This document shows, one piece after another, positions 1 through 11,527 of a DNA stretch of 64,000 nucleotides; positions within the stretch are counted from its first letter, which is position 1, and the number at the start of each line of letters is the position of its first letter. The stretch covers positions 755 to 64,754 of the forward strand of contig JBMORU010000001.1 in the NCBI GenBank assembly GCA_049322215.1. Direction: 5' to 3'. This DNA is from Patescibacteria group bacterium. Its GTDB lineage: Bacteria > Patescibacteriota > WWE3 > UBA101185 > UBA10185. The notes beneath the pieces were generated by a model that saw nothing but the letters and a program-made list of their open reading frames with translations, had not been told where the DNA came from and did not search any database. The position numbers were made by a program, and so were the translations under genes.

Positions 1-1
1 A

Positions 2-3000
2 AAAGCTGCGTCTAGCGAGGGTGCTTCTGCTCTTTTTGGAAAAGAAAGTAATGCTTTTTTAAATGATGGGCTAGGTGGATATTGGAAAATGGACGACAGC
101 AGCGTTGATGCCGAAGGTGAAATCAGTACGGATTCTTCAGGAAATGGCAACTCCGGTACGCTCTATGGAGACAACTCCACCGGAGATAACGGTACTGGGA
201 TGGATTGTACAGTATCCGGTAAATTTGGGACTGGGTGTGATTTTGACGGAACAGATGACGAAGTTGATGTCTCTGATAGCACATCACTGCATCTGCAATA
301 TGGGGGTGAGATCACACTAGCGGCTTGGATTAAAACATCTGACTCTTCAGGAAATATCATTGATAAAAGTGCAGGAAATGGAACCAATCGATACGGGTTA
401 GGACTTAACTCAGGCTTACTTAGAGCGGCTTTTGTAGCAACAGATTATTCAGGAGACAATAACATTACAGCTTATGGCAGTACAAGTGTAAATGATGGGA
501 ATTGGCATCACGTTGCCATTACATACGAATACGCAACACAAGCTGTTAAATTTTATGTTGACGGTAATTATGAAATTGAAGACACAGTAGCCCCAAGCGA
601 ATCTCTTGGGACTTCAATAGATGCTCTTACTATTGGTGAGAGCCTTCAAGGGCAAGTCGATGAAGCTCGTATATATAATAGAGCACTTTCCTCTAGTGAA
701 GTACAAAACCTCTACGCCTGGGCACCGGAACCCGCGGCTTACTACTCATTTGATGAAAACACAGGCACATCAACAATAAATGACAAGTCGGGCAACAGCT
801 ATAACGGTAGCTTCACAAGTATGAACGAATCATTGTGGACAACAGGTAAATATGGTGCGGGTTTAAGTTTTGATGGTTCTATGCGTATCGTTGGAACAGA
901 CCCGATAGTAAACAACTACCCATTTTCAGTTACAGGTTGGGTAAAGTACACCGCTTCAGGCGCAACCACAGTGTTATTCGGTATAGGAAATTCAGCAAGC
1001 ACAACAGGTTACTACGAAATTCAGGGTACAGGAGCTGGAGGTATTAGAGCTCTTTCTAATAACGGTTCTGATAACTACACAGGTTCTAATACAGCGTATA
1101 ACGATGGTCAATGGCACCATGTTGCTATGATATGGGCAAGTGCTACGGATAGAAAATTTTATATTGACGGCACACTGGATGGAACATCCACCTCAAGTGT
1201 GGCGTTTCAATCTTCGGTAAATCGGTGGAAAATAGGAGAACGTGCCAGTAATTCAACATGCTGCCGATGGAACGGATATGCGGATGAAATAAAAGTATAT
1301 AACTACGCGCTTACTCCAGGACAAATCATACGGGATATGAATGCAGGGCATCCGCTTGGGGGCTCACCAGTAGGATCTCAAATTGCATACTGGAGTTTTG
1401 ATGAAATGTACGGAGATACAGCAAACGATAGCGTTGGTGACATTGAAGGAGACTTAGGAAACACCGATACTACCTGTCCTGCAACTGGAGCAGACTGCCC
1501 AGTTTGGACACCTAATGGCAAAATCAATGGCGCATTAGACTTCAATGGTACTGATGACAATGTATATGTAAACACCCCTAACAATTCGGGTCCTTTATTT
1601 TTGGAAGAAAAACTAACCATTTCTGCCTGGATAAAAGCAGATGACTCGGAAATTGCCGGCACACAATTAGCTGTAGCGAAACAAGCGTCGTCATATCAAA
1701 TTCATTATGCACTTGGGATTGTAAATAATACTGCATATTTTCGTATAGGAGATGCAAGCACTAGTGTAACATTAAATGGCACCACAGATATTTCTAGTGG
1801 AGGAAGCACTTGGTATCATTTGGCAGGTACTTGGGATATAGACATCGATGGGGGTGCAGTTAATCTGTATGTAAACGGTAAGGTTGAAGACACAGACTAT
1901 CGCACAACAGAAATAAGTACGTGGCAAGATCTATACATAGGGGGTGCAGATGATGGTACCGTATCAAATTTTAATGGCTTAATTGATGAGGTTAAAATAT
2001 ATGGTACTTCTCTAACAGCAGAACAAATCCTCATCGACATGAATTCTAACGCAGCAGCCGACTTTGGCGCTAAAACAAACGAAGCTGCAAGCTTAGAAGA
2101 CGGCGCCGGAAACGACCCAGTTGGCCGTTGGAACTTTAACGAAAACACAGGCACAAGTGCAAACGACACCACAGGCAGTGGAAACTTAGGTACATTAAGT
2201 GGTGCCACATGGACTACAGGTGCTCCAGGAAAAAGCACAGCCCTAGTGTTTGATGGAAGTGATGATTATGTAGAAATAGGCACAGACAGTAAAGTAGATA
2301 ATAGCGCACAAGGTAGTATAACAGCATGGGTTTATCCACATGACATGACCGCCACAAACAGGGCCATATTTGGATTTGGTGGCGCAGCTACAGGATTTGC
2401 AGGTAGATTAGAGTTTTATACATATAACGGAGGTCTATTTATTTCACAAAATACTAATGGTGCAACACAAAACTGGATACGAACAAATTACAGCCAATTA
2501 ACCACCAACAATTGGCACCATGTTGCAGTAACAAGTGATGGGGCAGCTTGGAAACTTTACATAAACGGAGTAGAACAAACTACTCTATTGGGTGCAGGGT
2601 CAAATAATGGTAATTGGTTTAGTGATACCACCGCTACAGCACCCGTGCACACAACTATTGGCAGAATTTTTCATAACGGGACATGGAAAGAACCTTACTA
2701 CGGAAAAATAGATGAAGTAACCTTATACGATTACGAACTTTCCCCTGCTCAAGTAGCCTACAACTACAATAGAGGAGCTCCCATTGGCTGGTGGCAGTTT
2801 GATGAGTGTCAAGGTGCAGTAGCCTACGATGCAAGTGGTAACAGTAACAATGGTTCAATAACCATCGGAGCTACAGGAGATAACACTTCCACAGGTACTT
2901 GTTCATCGGGCACTAGTACCGAAGCTTGGAATAACGGTACCACAGGTAAATTTAACGGAAGCTTAGACTTTGATGGTACAGATGATGCTGTTAGTTCAAC

Positions 3001-3535
3001 TACTCTATCAGGCGATCTTGATGATTTATCCGAGTTAAGTGTTTGCATGTGGGTATACAACATTGGCTCAGATACAGACTATGGCTACTTTGATAATTTG
3101 AATGGCGGTGGTGGTGGTTTTGTACTCATGCGTGATGAGAGCGGAAGTACAAGTGGTAGAACTGATACCTACAAAGTGTATATCTCTGAAGCAAGTGGGG
3201 GTGACACAGTACATCTAGAAGGAAACAACAGTATTGCTCAAATCAACACATGGACACATATATGTGGTGTTTACAGAGAAAACAATGTGTCCGGTTTACG
3301 GTTGTATGTTAATGGGAAAGAAGATACGTTTAGCCCTGTTAGTACGGTTGGAGTTACTAACATAGACAGCAGTGGTACTACTGCCTACATTGGAAGAAGA
3401 CAGGGGGGAGACTATCATAGCGGACAAATTGACGACGTTCGAATATACAACTATGCCCTATCACAAACACAAATACAAAACATAATAAATAACGCAGCTG
3501 CTGCAAGATTTGGACCAAACACTGGCAGTCCATAA
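2..3535 (+). CDS. Giant multi-LamG (concanavalin A-like) surface protein, 5'-truncated by the window edge
   Basis: Frame is open from base 2 (KAASSEGASALFGKESNAFLNDGLGGYWKMD...). About 5 repeats of LamG motifs (GYWxFDE...G.FG.AL.FDG.DD...WHHVA...Y.DG...IDEVRIY). Confidence 0.9.
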   Translation, partial: KAASSEGASALFGKESNAFLNDGLGGYWKMDDSSVDAEGEISTDSSGNGNSGTLYGDNSTGDNGTGMDCTVSGKFGTGCDFDGTDDEVDVSDSTSLHLQYGGEITLAAWIKTSDSSGNIIDKSAGNGTNRYGLGLNSGLLRAAFVATDYSGDNNITAYGSTSVNDGNWHHVAITYEYATQAVKFYVDGNYEIEDTVAPSESLGTSIDALTIGESLQGQVDEARIYNRALSSSEVQNLYAWAPEPAAYYSFDENTGTSTINDKSGNSYNGSFTSMNESLWTTGKYGAGLSFDGSMRIVGTDPIVNNYPFSVTGWVKYTASGATTVLFGIGNSASTTGYYEIQGTGAGGIRALSNNGSDNYTGSNTAYNDGQWHHVAMIWASATDRKFYIDGTLDGTSTSSVAFQSSVNRWKIGERASNSTCCRWNGYADEIKVYNYALTPGQIIRDMNAGHPLGGSPVGSQIAYWSFDEMYGDTANDSVGDIEGDLGNTDTTCPATGADCPVWTPNGKINGALDFNGTDDNVYVNTPNNSGPLFLEEKLTISAWIKADDSEIAGTQLAVAKQASSYQIHYALGIVNNTAYFRIGDASTSVTLNGTTDISSGGSTWYHLAGTWDIDIDGGAVNLYVNGKVEDTDYRTTEISTWQDLYIGGADDGTVSNFNGLIDEVKIYGTSLTAEQILIDMNSNAAADFGAKTNEAASLEDGAGNDPVGRWNFNENTGTSANDTTGSGNLGTLSGATWTTGAPGKSTALVFDGSDDYVEIGTDSKVDNSAQGSITAWVYPHDMTATNRAIFGFGGAATGFAGRLEFYTYNGGLFISQNTNGATQNWIRTNYSQLTTNNWHHVAVTSDGAAWKLYINGVEQTTLLGAGSNNGNWFSDTTATAPVHTTIGRIFHNGTWKEPYYGKIDEVTLYDYELSPAQVAYNYNRGAPIGWWQFDECQGAVAYDASGNSNNGSITIGATGDNTSTGTCSSGTSTEAWNNGTTGKFNGSLDFDGTDDAVSSTTLSGDLDDLSELSVCMWVYNIGSDTDYGYFDNLNGGGGGFVLMRDESGSTSGRTDTYKVYISEASGGDTVHLEGNNSIAQINTWTHICGVYRENNVSGLRLYVNGKEDTFSPVSTVGVTNIDSSGTTAYIGRRQGGDYHSGQIDDVRIYNYALSQTQIQNIINNAAAARFGPNTGSP

Positions 3536-3607
3536 AGAATGTATTTGTGTCATTCTTTCGCATATGGATGCATACAACAAATTTAACTAAAATAAACAAG
3601 TATCTCA

Positions 3608-6600
3608 ATGATTAAAAAAACTATCACCAAAATTAAAAAGACACTTAAAGTAAATAAAAAAAGAGTACTTCCTTTTTTTCTTGGTGCCCTGATAATACTA
3701 CTACCTTTAGTTTATTTGACGATTAAAAATCCAAAAGAAGCACAAGCACAGTGGTTTAATGATGGCTGGGCATACAGAATTAAACTTCCTGTTACTAACA
3801 ATACAACCACCGAATCTGATGTATATATATCCTTTACAGGTGCTGATGTATTAGACACCTCTGCAACTGGCAGATTTCAGGCAGACTGTGGTGACATACG
3901 TTTTACAAAAAGAAATGGGCAGTTACTTCCCTACTACATAAATTCTGGATGTGGCACCTCAAGTACAGATATTGATGTATATTTCGAAGAATTTCCTTCT
4001 GGAACACAAGACATTTACATGTATTATGGCAACCCAAGTGTACAAAATGGGTTTGAAGCATCTGCTTTTGCCTCTTCAGTAGACTCTATAGAAATCCAAA
4101 GAAACACGGCAGATGTAAGTGCTAGCAGCGAAACACAAACTGCTCCAACTAACTTTACAGCATTCGGATCTCTTACAAGTGCCTTTGTGCTTAACTTAAA
4201 CAATCGCCGTCAAAATGCGGGATCTACAACCTCTGCCACTAACGAAAGAGTAAATCAACTCTCCGGGCGAATTGAACTTACTGCCACAGATACAATAACT
4301 TTTTCAAGAAGTTTTGGTGACAACGATGATCATAGGTTTTCCTGGGAATCATGGGAATATACAGGTTCTTCAGGAAATAGTGAATTTATTGTTAGATCAA
4401 GAAATACAGTTACTTTAAGTGCAGTTGAGTCAGCCACTGCAACACTTGACACTACACCAACCGATATAAATAACGTAATCCCTTTTATCACTGGAATTGG
4501 TTGCGATTTAAGCGGAACAGCCTCTACTTGTGGTACAGCTGTAGCGTGGATTTCAGGAACTAATACACTAAACGTAGAGCGCGGTGACGGCACCGCTGAA
4601 AATGTAACTGTACAGGTTGTTTCAGTAGAATTCACAGGATCTGACTGGCAAGTAGCACATGGAGACTCAGGGGACGTTTCTGCAGACTCAGGAACAATTA
4701 CCATAGTAGATAATGCAGATGGCACTACTGCAGGCGGTGGAGATATAAGCGACTGGAGTACTGCTGTAATATTTCATCAAACAAAAGGAGACAGTAATGC
4801 AACTAATGTTGCAATTGCCGATACATCAGCAACCTATCGCCCAAACGCTAATACTAATCAAGTGGATTGGGCATTTAATACAGATCATGACTCGGCTGGA
4901 GATAATAGGCATTTTGTGCATGTCTTAAAAAACCCATACATGACGGTAACACGTTTTACTGACACCGGGGCACTTCAAGGAGCCAATAATGTAGACATAA
5001 CTTCTGCTGGAATAACGGATCTATCTACAACGGCTTCAGAAATTTCATGTACTAGCTCGGGAACAGGTACCGCGTTTGGGCGAGGGTGGAAAAATGGGCG
5101 TATAACAAGTACGACAAACTATGAACACTGGACACACCGGTCAGGAAATACAATTGACTGTGCTATTCAAATTATTGATTTGTCTGGAATAGTTGGAAGC
5201 GCAGGCCTTGGAAGTGCCGCGTCCAACTTTACCATGGGCACATCTGGCTCAGAAGAAAAAGGATCTGGCCCTGTTGGGTACTGGAGATTTAACGAAGGTG
5301 CGGACAATACTTGTCCTAATAATGGCAAAGACGCCTGTGATTCAACTTCAAGAAAAAATGATGCAGCCTTTGGTGCTAGTACAGCAGCGCCCACATGGCA
5401 ACTTCAAAATGCTTGTATATTTGGTAAATGTCTTTTATTTGATGGTAGTGATGATGTAGCCACAGTTACAAATACTAACCCAATAGATTTTGATATTGGC
5501 CTTGAGGGTGGGTTTAGTGTAGTTGCTTGGGTGAAAGCCAGCTCAGACGGAGAAAATGACGTAGGTCAAATTTTTCAAAAAGGCACGAATACATATTTGC
5601 GAATTGATTCCGAAGGGAGCGATGGTTTAGCTGATTTGGAATTTAACCTTGATCTTGCAACTACAGATGCCAACGTTAATATAGCAAACGGCATTACTTT
5701 GAACACATGGCATCATGTAACAGTAACCCACGATGGAACAAGTACCATAACTGTTTACATAGACGGGAAAAATTTGGGTTCAAATACAGGATCGGGCACT
5801 ATGGTCTCTGATGCAAATGACTTGCTTATTGGTGGAACAACTACTGCTAATTTTCATGGATTTATTGATGAATTTAAAATTTTTAACTATGAAAGAGCAG
5901 CTAACAAAGTTAAAACCGATGCTATTAGGGGTGCTTCTGCAGACGGCGCATCTGCTGCTTTTGGCAATGAAAACAAAAATTTTCTTAACGAAGGACTTGT
6001 TGGGTATTGGGACATGGATGAAACAACAGGTGGCATAAATGACTCGTCAGGAGGAAGTAATAATCTTGTTAACCACGGAGCTACATCCTTTGTTGCGGGA
6101 AAATTTGGCAATGGTGGTGACTTTGAATCAGGCAGTTCACAATTTTTTACAGAAGGAAGTACCTCAACGCCAGCGTATGTCAATTCTACACAAAGTGATA
6201 TAACAGCCAGTGGAAATAAAAACATACCTATTCCCAGTGGAACAAGCGTGGGAGATCGCCTTATAGTGAATGTTTCAGGAAACGGAGATGGTCTTGGAAG
6301 CTATTTGACACTTAATAGCGTACCTACAGGATGGACACAAATTGGTAGCACTCAAACATATGATGGAGCCAGCTATAGTGTGGGACAAATTGTATTAACA
6401 GGAATTTATGATGGCACAACCCCTACCATGAATGTATCAATACCTAATGATCCCGATGCGAATCTTATAGTAGGAGCATATTCAAATGCAGATAAAGTAG
6501 ACACTTATATTCAAAATATACAAACTACAGCAAGTACTGTTCATACTACCACTGCAATTACACCAAATGTTGGTGGTGGAGCTCTTCTTGTTGCTATGTG

Positions 6601-9600
6601 GTCTGGAGGTGCAAATATTATTACGGGTACTGCTACAGATGGGAGCTTTACAGAAAGACATGATTACGAGTATTGGGGGCATAACTTTTTATCTACATAC
6701 TACCAAAGCACAGCTGCTGCGGTTCAGGCACAAATGACAGATGACACTGGAGAAGAAACCGCATACACAGTGATGTCTATTTATCCTGCAGGTACAGCTT
6801 CGTCTGCTTTAAGTAATTCAGGAAGCACTACCGTTAGCGCATGGATAAAACCAGAATCGACTACAGCAAGTACTCAATATAATATTGCAGGCAAGTGGGA
6901 TAGTGGTAATGAAGGATATTTACTAGCCCAATATGGTGATGAAATTAGGATGTATATAGGATCAGCTTCTAATTACGTACAAACGTCGGCAACTAATCTC
7001 GCTACGGGCACATGGTATCACGTTGTCGGTTCTTATGACGCTTCTACACAAACAGTAGAAATATATGTTGATGGCGCAAAACAAACAAGCACTGTAACGG
7101 GCACAATACCCTCTTCACTAGCTAATACAGGAGGCCTGTTTCATATTGGGGCGGCTAATTCAGCCGGTACAGCAGATAACTTTTACGATGGTGTTATTGA
7201 TGAAGTGCGCGTATATAGTAGATCATTTTCTCTAGGAGAGGTAAAAGATGTATACAACTGGGCACCAGGACCGGTGGCGTATTGGACGTTGGATGAAAAT
7301 ACAGGAACTACTGCATACGATCAAAGCGGTAATGACTTTAAAGGAAATATGCCCGCAGCGCTTACAGCACCATCTTTTAGAAGCTATACGGAAGAGGTAG
7401 GAAGTTTTAATGACTTTATAACTATAAATAAACCAGCAGGAACTGTAGACGACGATATCATGATTGCAATTATTTATAAAGAAAATAGCGGTGATTTAAC
7501 AGTAGTACCATCTGGATGGACGCTACTTGATCGTGAAACCCCTGCCTCCGACCACGATACACATATTTATTGGAAGCGCGCCAGTTCAGAAGGAGCAAGC
7601 TACACATGGGAATGGGTCAGCAGCGACTGGACACTCGGAGTAATAATTTCATATAGCGGTGCTATTATGAGTGGAAGTCCCATAGATACATACTCTGCCA
7701 ACAGCTCTACCACAGGAACAACAATAACAGCAACAAGTGTTACAACAACTGTAGATAATACAACGGTTTTGGCAGTAGCAACACATTGGAGCGCAACTTC
7801 GGGGAGCTGGACTGGACCTTCAGGATACACAGCACGAGCAGATATAAATACTATCCGCCCCGCAGATAAAACTCAAGCGTCGGCAGGCGCAACTGGAGAT
7901 GCAGTTACCACAACCTCTTCTGGAAGTGAATCATGGACTGCGCATTTGATAGCACTTAAACCACCTGCTGCAGGAGCGCCTGCATGGGTACCTGGTAAGT
8001 TTGGGAGTGCCTTAAAATTTGACGGGTCGCAAGACTATATTGATGTTGGAACAGGCCCCTCTCAAACAAACACTGTAAGTTTTTGGGTAAACCCGACTAC
8101 CACAACAGAATATCCAATAGATTTAAATGGGACGGCCTATGTATGGTTTAACGCAGGCACAGTTACCGCCCAAGGATTTACTTCACCAACTATTTATGTA
8201 AACGGAATTGAGTCAAGTTCTATAGCCGCCAACACATGGAGTCATGTTGCTATAACCACTCAAACTGCCCTAAATGCATCAGATATGGATATTGGTCGGA
8301 TTGAAGGTGTTGGTTTCCATGAAGGCATCATAGACGATGTACGCATTTACGATTATGCTCGAACCTCAGGACAAATCATCGAAGACATGAACGGCGGACA
8401 CCCCTTGGGAGGGTCGCCTGTTGGCTCACAAATACATCGTTGGAAATTTGATGAAATGCAGGGAGATACAGCATACGATCCAATTGGAAATAACAATGGA
8501 AACCTCAGAGGAGCTTGCCCTGGAGCCTCAACATGCCCCACCTGGACATCCTCAGGTAAGATTAATGGCGCGCTTAATTTTAATCCAGCAGACGATGAAG
8601 ACGTAGTAATTACCACACCATCTAACATTGATACAACAGGAGATAGCAAAGGAACGATTACCTTTTGGATGCAGCCCGATTGGAACTCCAGCACAACTTC
8701 AACCGAATATATGATTCTGGGATCTTATGATGCAGTAACAACAGGAGATGGTCTTGCTCTTTTCTTTTGTGGGCCTAGCACTGGCTGCTCTACTGCGGGT
8801 GAATTAGTTTTTTATGCAGCTGACAGTGCAGCTAGACAATCAAATGTTTACATAAGTAATAGCAATCTTTCTTGGGCTGCAGACGACTGGGTGCATGTAG
8901 CCTTAGTTTGGGATGACACACTTACAACTGACAGCATGAGAATTTTTATTAACGGTGTAGAACCACCTCACGGCGCAAACACACCAGCGAATCTCGATTT
9001 ATCTGCCTTATCAATACCTTCAACAATGAATATTGGAAATATATTTACAGGCTATACAAACAGTTTTGATGGCTCAATTGATGACTTTAAAGTATATAAT
9101 GATACGCTAACTGAAGATCAAATAAGAATTGATATGAATGCTAATGCTGCAGTTAACTTTAGCGTTGGAAACAACGAAGAAGCAGATATAGTAGACGGCA
9201 CAGGAAACCCACCAATTGGTTGGTGGAAATTAGACGAAAATACGGGTACCACAACAGTTTTCGACTCTTCAGGAAACAACAATAATGGCACTATGCAAGA
9301 CCTCAATGAATCAGATTGGTTTCCAGGAGTGTACGGAAGTGCCTTATATTTTGATGGCATAAATACAGCAGGAAATGAAGATGTGGTAGATATTTATTCA
9401 AGCAACTTTGCGTCACAGTTTAATACATCTGCAGGTACATTGTCAGCATGGGTAAAAATGAAAGATGCCGCTACATGGACCGACGGCAACGAGTACAATG
9501 CAGTTACTATTAGAGCAGATTCAAGTAATTTAGTAGTTATAGATAAAGACAATGTATCAAGCTTATTGCGAGTTTCATACGAGGCAGGCGCTACTGCAGA

Positions 9601-10618
9601 AACAGTAACTTATTCAACCACAACTACAGATTGGATTCACCTAGCTATAACATGGGACACAACAGCTGACGAAGTAAGACACTATTTTAACGGCGTGCTG
9701 CAACAAACAGACACAGGATTAGGTACTTGGGTGGGAGCTTTAAGCTCATCAAACGTAGTAATAGGTGGAAACGATACTTCTGGAAATGAACCTTGGCAAG
9801 GCTGGATTGATGATGTGAAAGTATATGATTATGCAAGAACCCAAGCGCAAATTGTATACGATTACAATCGAGGAGAACCTGCAGGTTGGTGGAAGTTTGA
9901 TGAGTGTCAAGGAACCACAGTGCATGACGCCAGCGGTAATGGGAATGACGGAACAGTAACAATAGGCGCTACAGGAGGAAACACCTCGGCAGGAACTTGT
10001 TCTTCAGGAACCAGTACGGAGGCATGGAATAACGGCACCACAGGTAAACTAAACTCAAGCTTGGATTTTGATGGAACTGATGATTATGTATCTATTGCTA
10101 ATGGCGACACGCAGTTTGACCACGGCACTGGTGATTTTTCTCATATGGCTTGGGTAAAAACCACACAAGATTGTACCGGAAATAAAATCTATGTAAGCCA
10201 AAGACAAGATACAAGACCTAATATTTGGATTGGGTGTACTCAGTCTGGCGGTATTGGCGTAGCCGCAGCAGACACAGATTCCAGTAGTACAGGAGTTTCT
10301 AGTTTTCCTGGAACAATACAAATCAATGACGGTAATTGGCACCATATTGCTCTCACAAAACAAGGACACAGCAGCGCTACAGTAAAATTATATGTCGACG
10401 GCATTTTAGATGCCACTATAACCCCGGCGTTTTCAGGAACATTTGATTTTACAGAGAATAAGTTTTCTATAGGAAGATTTGAATTATCACCTTATTATTA
10501 TGCCGACGCACAAATTGACGATGTTAGAGTTTATAGATACGCACTCTCACCAGATCAAATACTTAAAGTAATGAACGAAGGGTCTGCCCGCTTTGGTCCC
10601 GAAACAGGGCCCCCATAG
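3608..10618 (+). CDS. Giant DUF2341 + multi-LamG surface protein (2336 aa) with N-terminal membrane anchor
   Basis: Basic N-terminus, TM helix, then W..GW.YR...DCGDIRFT...IYMYYGNP (DUF2341-like) and about 6 LamG domains. Paralog of the upstream gene. Confidence 0.9.
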   Translation: MIKKTITKIKKTLKVNKKRVLPFFLGALIILLPLVYLTIKNPKEAQAQWFNDGWAYRIKLPVTNNTTTESDVYISFTGADVLDTSATGRFQADCGDIRFTKRNGQLLPYYINSGCGTSSTDIDVYFEEFPSGTQDIYMYYGNPSVQNGFEASAFASSVDSIEIQRNTADVSASSETQTAPTNFTAFGSLTSAFVLNLNNRRQNAGSTTSATNERVNQLSGRIELTATDTITFSRSFGDNDDHRFSWESWEYTGSSGNSEFIVRSRNTVTLSAVESATATLDTTPTDINNVIPFITGIGCDLSGTASTCGTAVAWISGTNTLNVERGDGTAENVTVQVVSVEFTGSDWQVAHGDSGDVSADSGTITIVDNADGTTAGGGDISDWSTAVIFHQTKGDSNATNVAIADTSATYRPNANTNQVDWAFNTDHDSAGDNRHFVHVLKNPYMTVTRFTDTGALQGANNVDITSAGITDLSTTASEISCTSSGTGTAFGRGWKNGRITSTTNYEHWTHRSGNTIDCAIQIIDLSGIVGSAGLGSAASNFTMGTSGSEEKGSGPVGYWRFNEGADNTCPNNGKDACDSTSRKNDAAFGASTAAPTWQLQNACIFGKCLLFDGSDDVATVTNTNPIDFDIGLEGGFSVVAWVKASSDGENDVGQIFQKGTNTYLRIDSEGSDGLADLEFNLDLATTDANVNIANGITLNTWHHVTVTHDGTSTITVYIDGKNLGSNTGSGTMVSDANDLLIGGTTTANFHGFIDEFKIFNYERAANKVKTDAIRGASADGASAAFGNENKNFLNEGLVGYWDMDETTGGINDSSGGSNNLVNHGATSFVAGKFGNGGDFESGSSQFFTEGSTSTPAYVNSTQSDITASGNKNIPIPSGTSVGDRLIVNVSGNGDGLGSYLTLNSVPTGWTQIGSTQTYDGASYSVGQIVLTGIYDGTTPTMNVSIPNDPDANLIVGAYSNADKVDTYIQNIQTTASTVHTTTAITPNVGGGALLVAMWSGGANIITGTATDGSFTERHDYEYWGHNFLSTYYQSTAAAVQAQMTDDTGEETAYTVMSIYPAGTASSALSNSGSTTVSAWIKPESTTASTQYNIAGKWDSGNEGYLLAQYGDEIRMYIGSASNYVQTSATNLATGTWYHVVGSYDASTQTVEIYVDGAKQTSTVTGTIPSSLANTGGLFHIGAANSAGTADNFYDGVIDEVRVYSRSFSLGEVKDVYNWAPGPVAYWTLDENTGTTAYDQSGNDFKGNMPAALTAPSFRSYTEEVGSFNDFITINKPAGTVDDDIMIAIIYKENSGDLTVVPSGWTLLDRETPASDHDTHIYWKRASSEGASYTWEWVSSDWTLGVIISYSGAIMSGSPIDTYSANSSTTGTTITATSVTTTVDNTTVLAVATHWSATSGSWTGPSGYTARADINTIRPADKTQASAGATGDAVTTTSSGSESWTAHLIALKPPAAGAPAWVPGKFGSALKFDGSQDYIDVGTGPSQTNTVSFWVNPTTTTEYPIDLNGTAYVWFNAGTVTAQGFTSPTIYVNGIESSSIAANTWSHVAITTQTALNASDMDIGRIEGVGFHEGIIDDVRIYDYARTSGQIIEDMNGGHPLGGSPVGSQIHRWKFDEMQGDTAYDPIGNNNGNLRGACPGASTCPTWTSSGKINGALNFNPADDEDVVITTPSNIDTTGDSKGTITFWMQPDWNSSTTSTEYMILGSYDAVTTGDGLALFFCGPSTGCSTAGELVFYAADSAARQSNVYISNSNLSWAADDWVHVALVWDDTLTTDSMRIFINGVEPPHGANTPANLDLSALSIPSTMNIGNIFTGYTNSFDGSIDDFKVYNDTLTEDQIRIDMNANAAVNFSVGNNEEADIVDGTGNPPIGWWKLDENTGTTTVFDSSGNNNNGTMQDLNESDWFPGVYGSALYFDGINTAGNEDVVDIYSSNFASQFNTSAGTLSAWVKMKDAATWTDGNEYNAVTIRADSSNLVVIDKDNVSSLLRVSYEAGATAETVTYSTTTTDWIHLAITWDTTADEVRHYFNGVLQQTDTGLGTWVGALSSSNVVIGGNDTSGNEPWQGWIDDVKVYDYARTQAQIVYDYNRGEPAGWWKFDECQGTTVHDASGNGNDGTVTIGATGGNTSAGTCSSGTSTEAWNNGTTGKLNSSLDFDGTDDYVSIANGDTQFDHGTGDFSHMAWVKTTQDCTGNKIYVSQRQDTRPNIWIGCTQSGGIGVAAADTDSSSTGVSSFPGTIQINDGNWHHIALTKQGHSSATVKLYVDGILDATITPAFSGTFDFTENKFSIGRFELSPYYYADAQIDDVRVYRYALSPDQILKVMNEGSARFGPETGPP

Positions 10619-10694
10619 CCATACTTAGGAATACATTTTCATATTTTACTTGTAGAAATTACATAAATAAGTTTGTATACTCGGGTACGTAGCC

Positions 10695-11483
10695 ATGAGT
10701 AAAAGCATTTTAATATATACTTCATTAATAATTGTAATTGTCACTTCACTTTTTGGCGTTTATGCCTTTACTAATAAAGAATATTCACAAAAACTCACAT
10801 CAAAAATTATGCAAATAAACGACAATAATAAAGAAAAAGATATACCAAATATGATTGCATTAGACACTGAAGAAATGCCAATATATGCTACTGTATCTAT
10901 AATACCCGATTCAATTAATACGGAAAGCGTTTTTGGCAACCTAAACAAAAACTACCAAATACTCATTTTTGAGAAAAATTCCAAAATAGTTGTAGTAAAT
11001 CCAAAAGAAAACAAAATAGTAGACATAATAAATATAAGCTTTGAAAACACTAACGAAGAACAAAGTAAAACCATGCCAGAGGAAACAGCGGACACAAATT
11101 TACAAACTAACGAAGTCGTTAATCTAAGTGATGGGACTACTCAAAATGAAGAACAAACAGAAGCTGAAGAAACATATACAACTTCTATTACCATACTAAA
11201 TGGTACTAATACACCCGGTATGGCAGGAAAACTTAAAAACACCTTAGAAAATGAATTAAATCTCCCTTTAAATATCGAAAATATAGAATTAAACGATGCA
11301 AAAGGAAATTACGATGACACAGTTGTAATAGAAACAAATCCCAACTCAACCAAACAAAACATTGCTGCCGATTTAATAGCGCAATCATTAAATATATCTA
11401 TTGCTTCTGCCCTACCAGAGCTAGAAAACACTCCGGAGACACAGCTAGTCATAATAGTAGGAGAAGACTACGTTCAAAAATAA
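10695..11483 (+). CDS. Membrane-anchored protein with C-terminal LytR_C-like domain
   Basis: N-terminal TM. C-terminal ITILNGTNTPGMAG...LVIIVGED motif typical of LytR C-terminal domains. Confidence 0.75.
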   Translation: MSKSILIYTSLIIVIVTSLFGVYAFTNKEYSQKLTSKIMQINDNNKEKDIPNMIALDTEEMPIYATVSIIPDSINTESVFGNLNKNYQILIFEKNSKIVVVNPKENKIVDIINISFENTNEEQSKTMPEETADTNLQTNEVVNLSDGTTQNEEQTEAEETYTTSITILNGTNTPGMAGKLKNTLENELNLPLNIENIELNDAKGNYDDTVVIETNPNSTKQNIAADLIAQSLNISIASALPELENTPETQLVIIVGEDYVQK

Positions 11484-11485
11484 TA

Positions 11486-11514
11486 TTGACATTACCCCGG
11501 TGCAAATATAATAT
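11486..11514 (+). promoter_or_regulatory. sigma70-type promoter of rplJ-rplL
   Basis: TTGACA at 11486 followed by a TATAATAT box directly upstream of the L10 leader. Confidence 0.6.
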
Positions 11515-11527
11515 GTTTAAGCATTAT

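Noticed and set aside
75-10369. Many short antisense or alternate-frame ORFs inside the LamG genes, and similar ones inside rplL, obgE and the lipoprotein and tubulin-like genes
   Set aside because: Shadow ORFs of well-supported CDSs with no independent signals.
3536-10640. UTR-to-UTR pairing around the second LamG gene (AGAATGTATT with AATACATTTT)
   Set aside because: Short and AT-rich, and competes with a local AAAGAATG/CATTCTTT hairpin. Compatible with chance.
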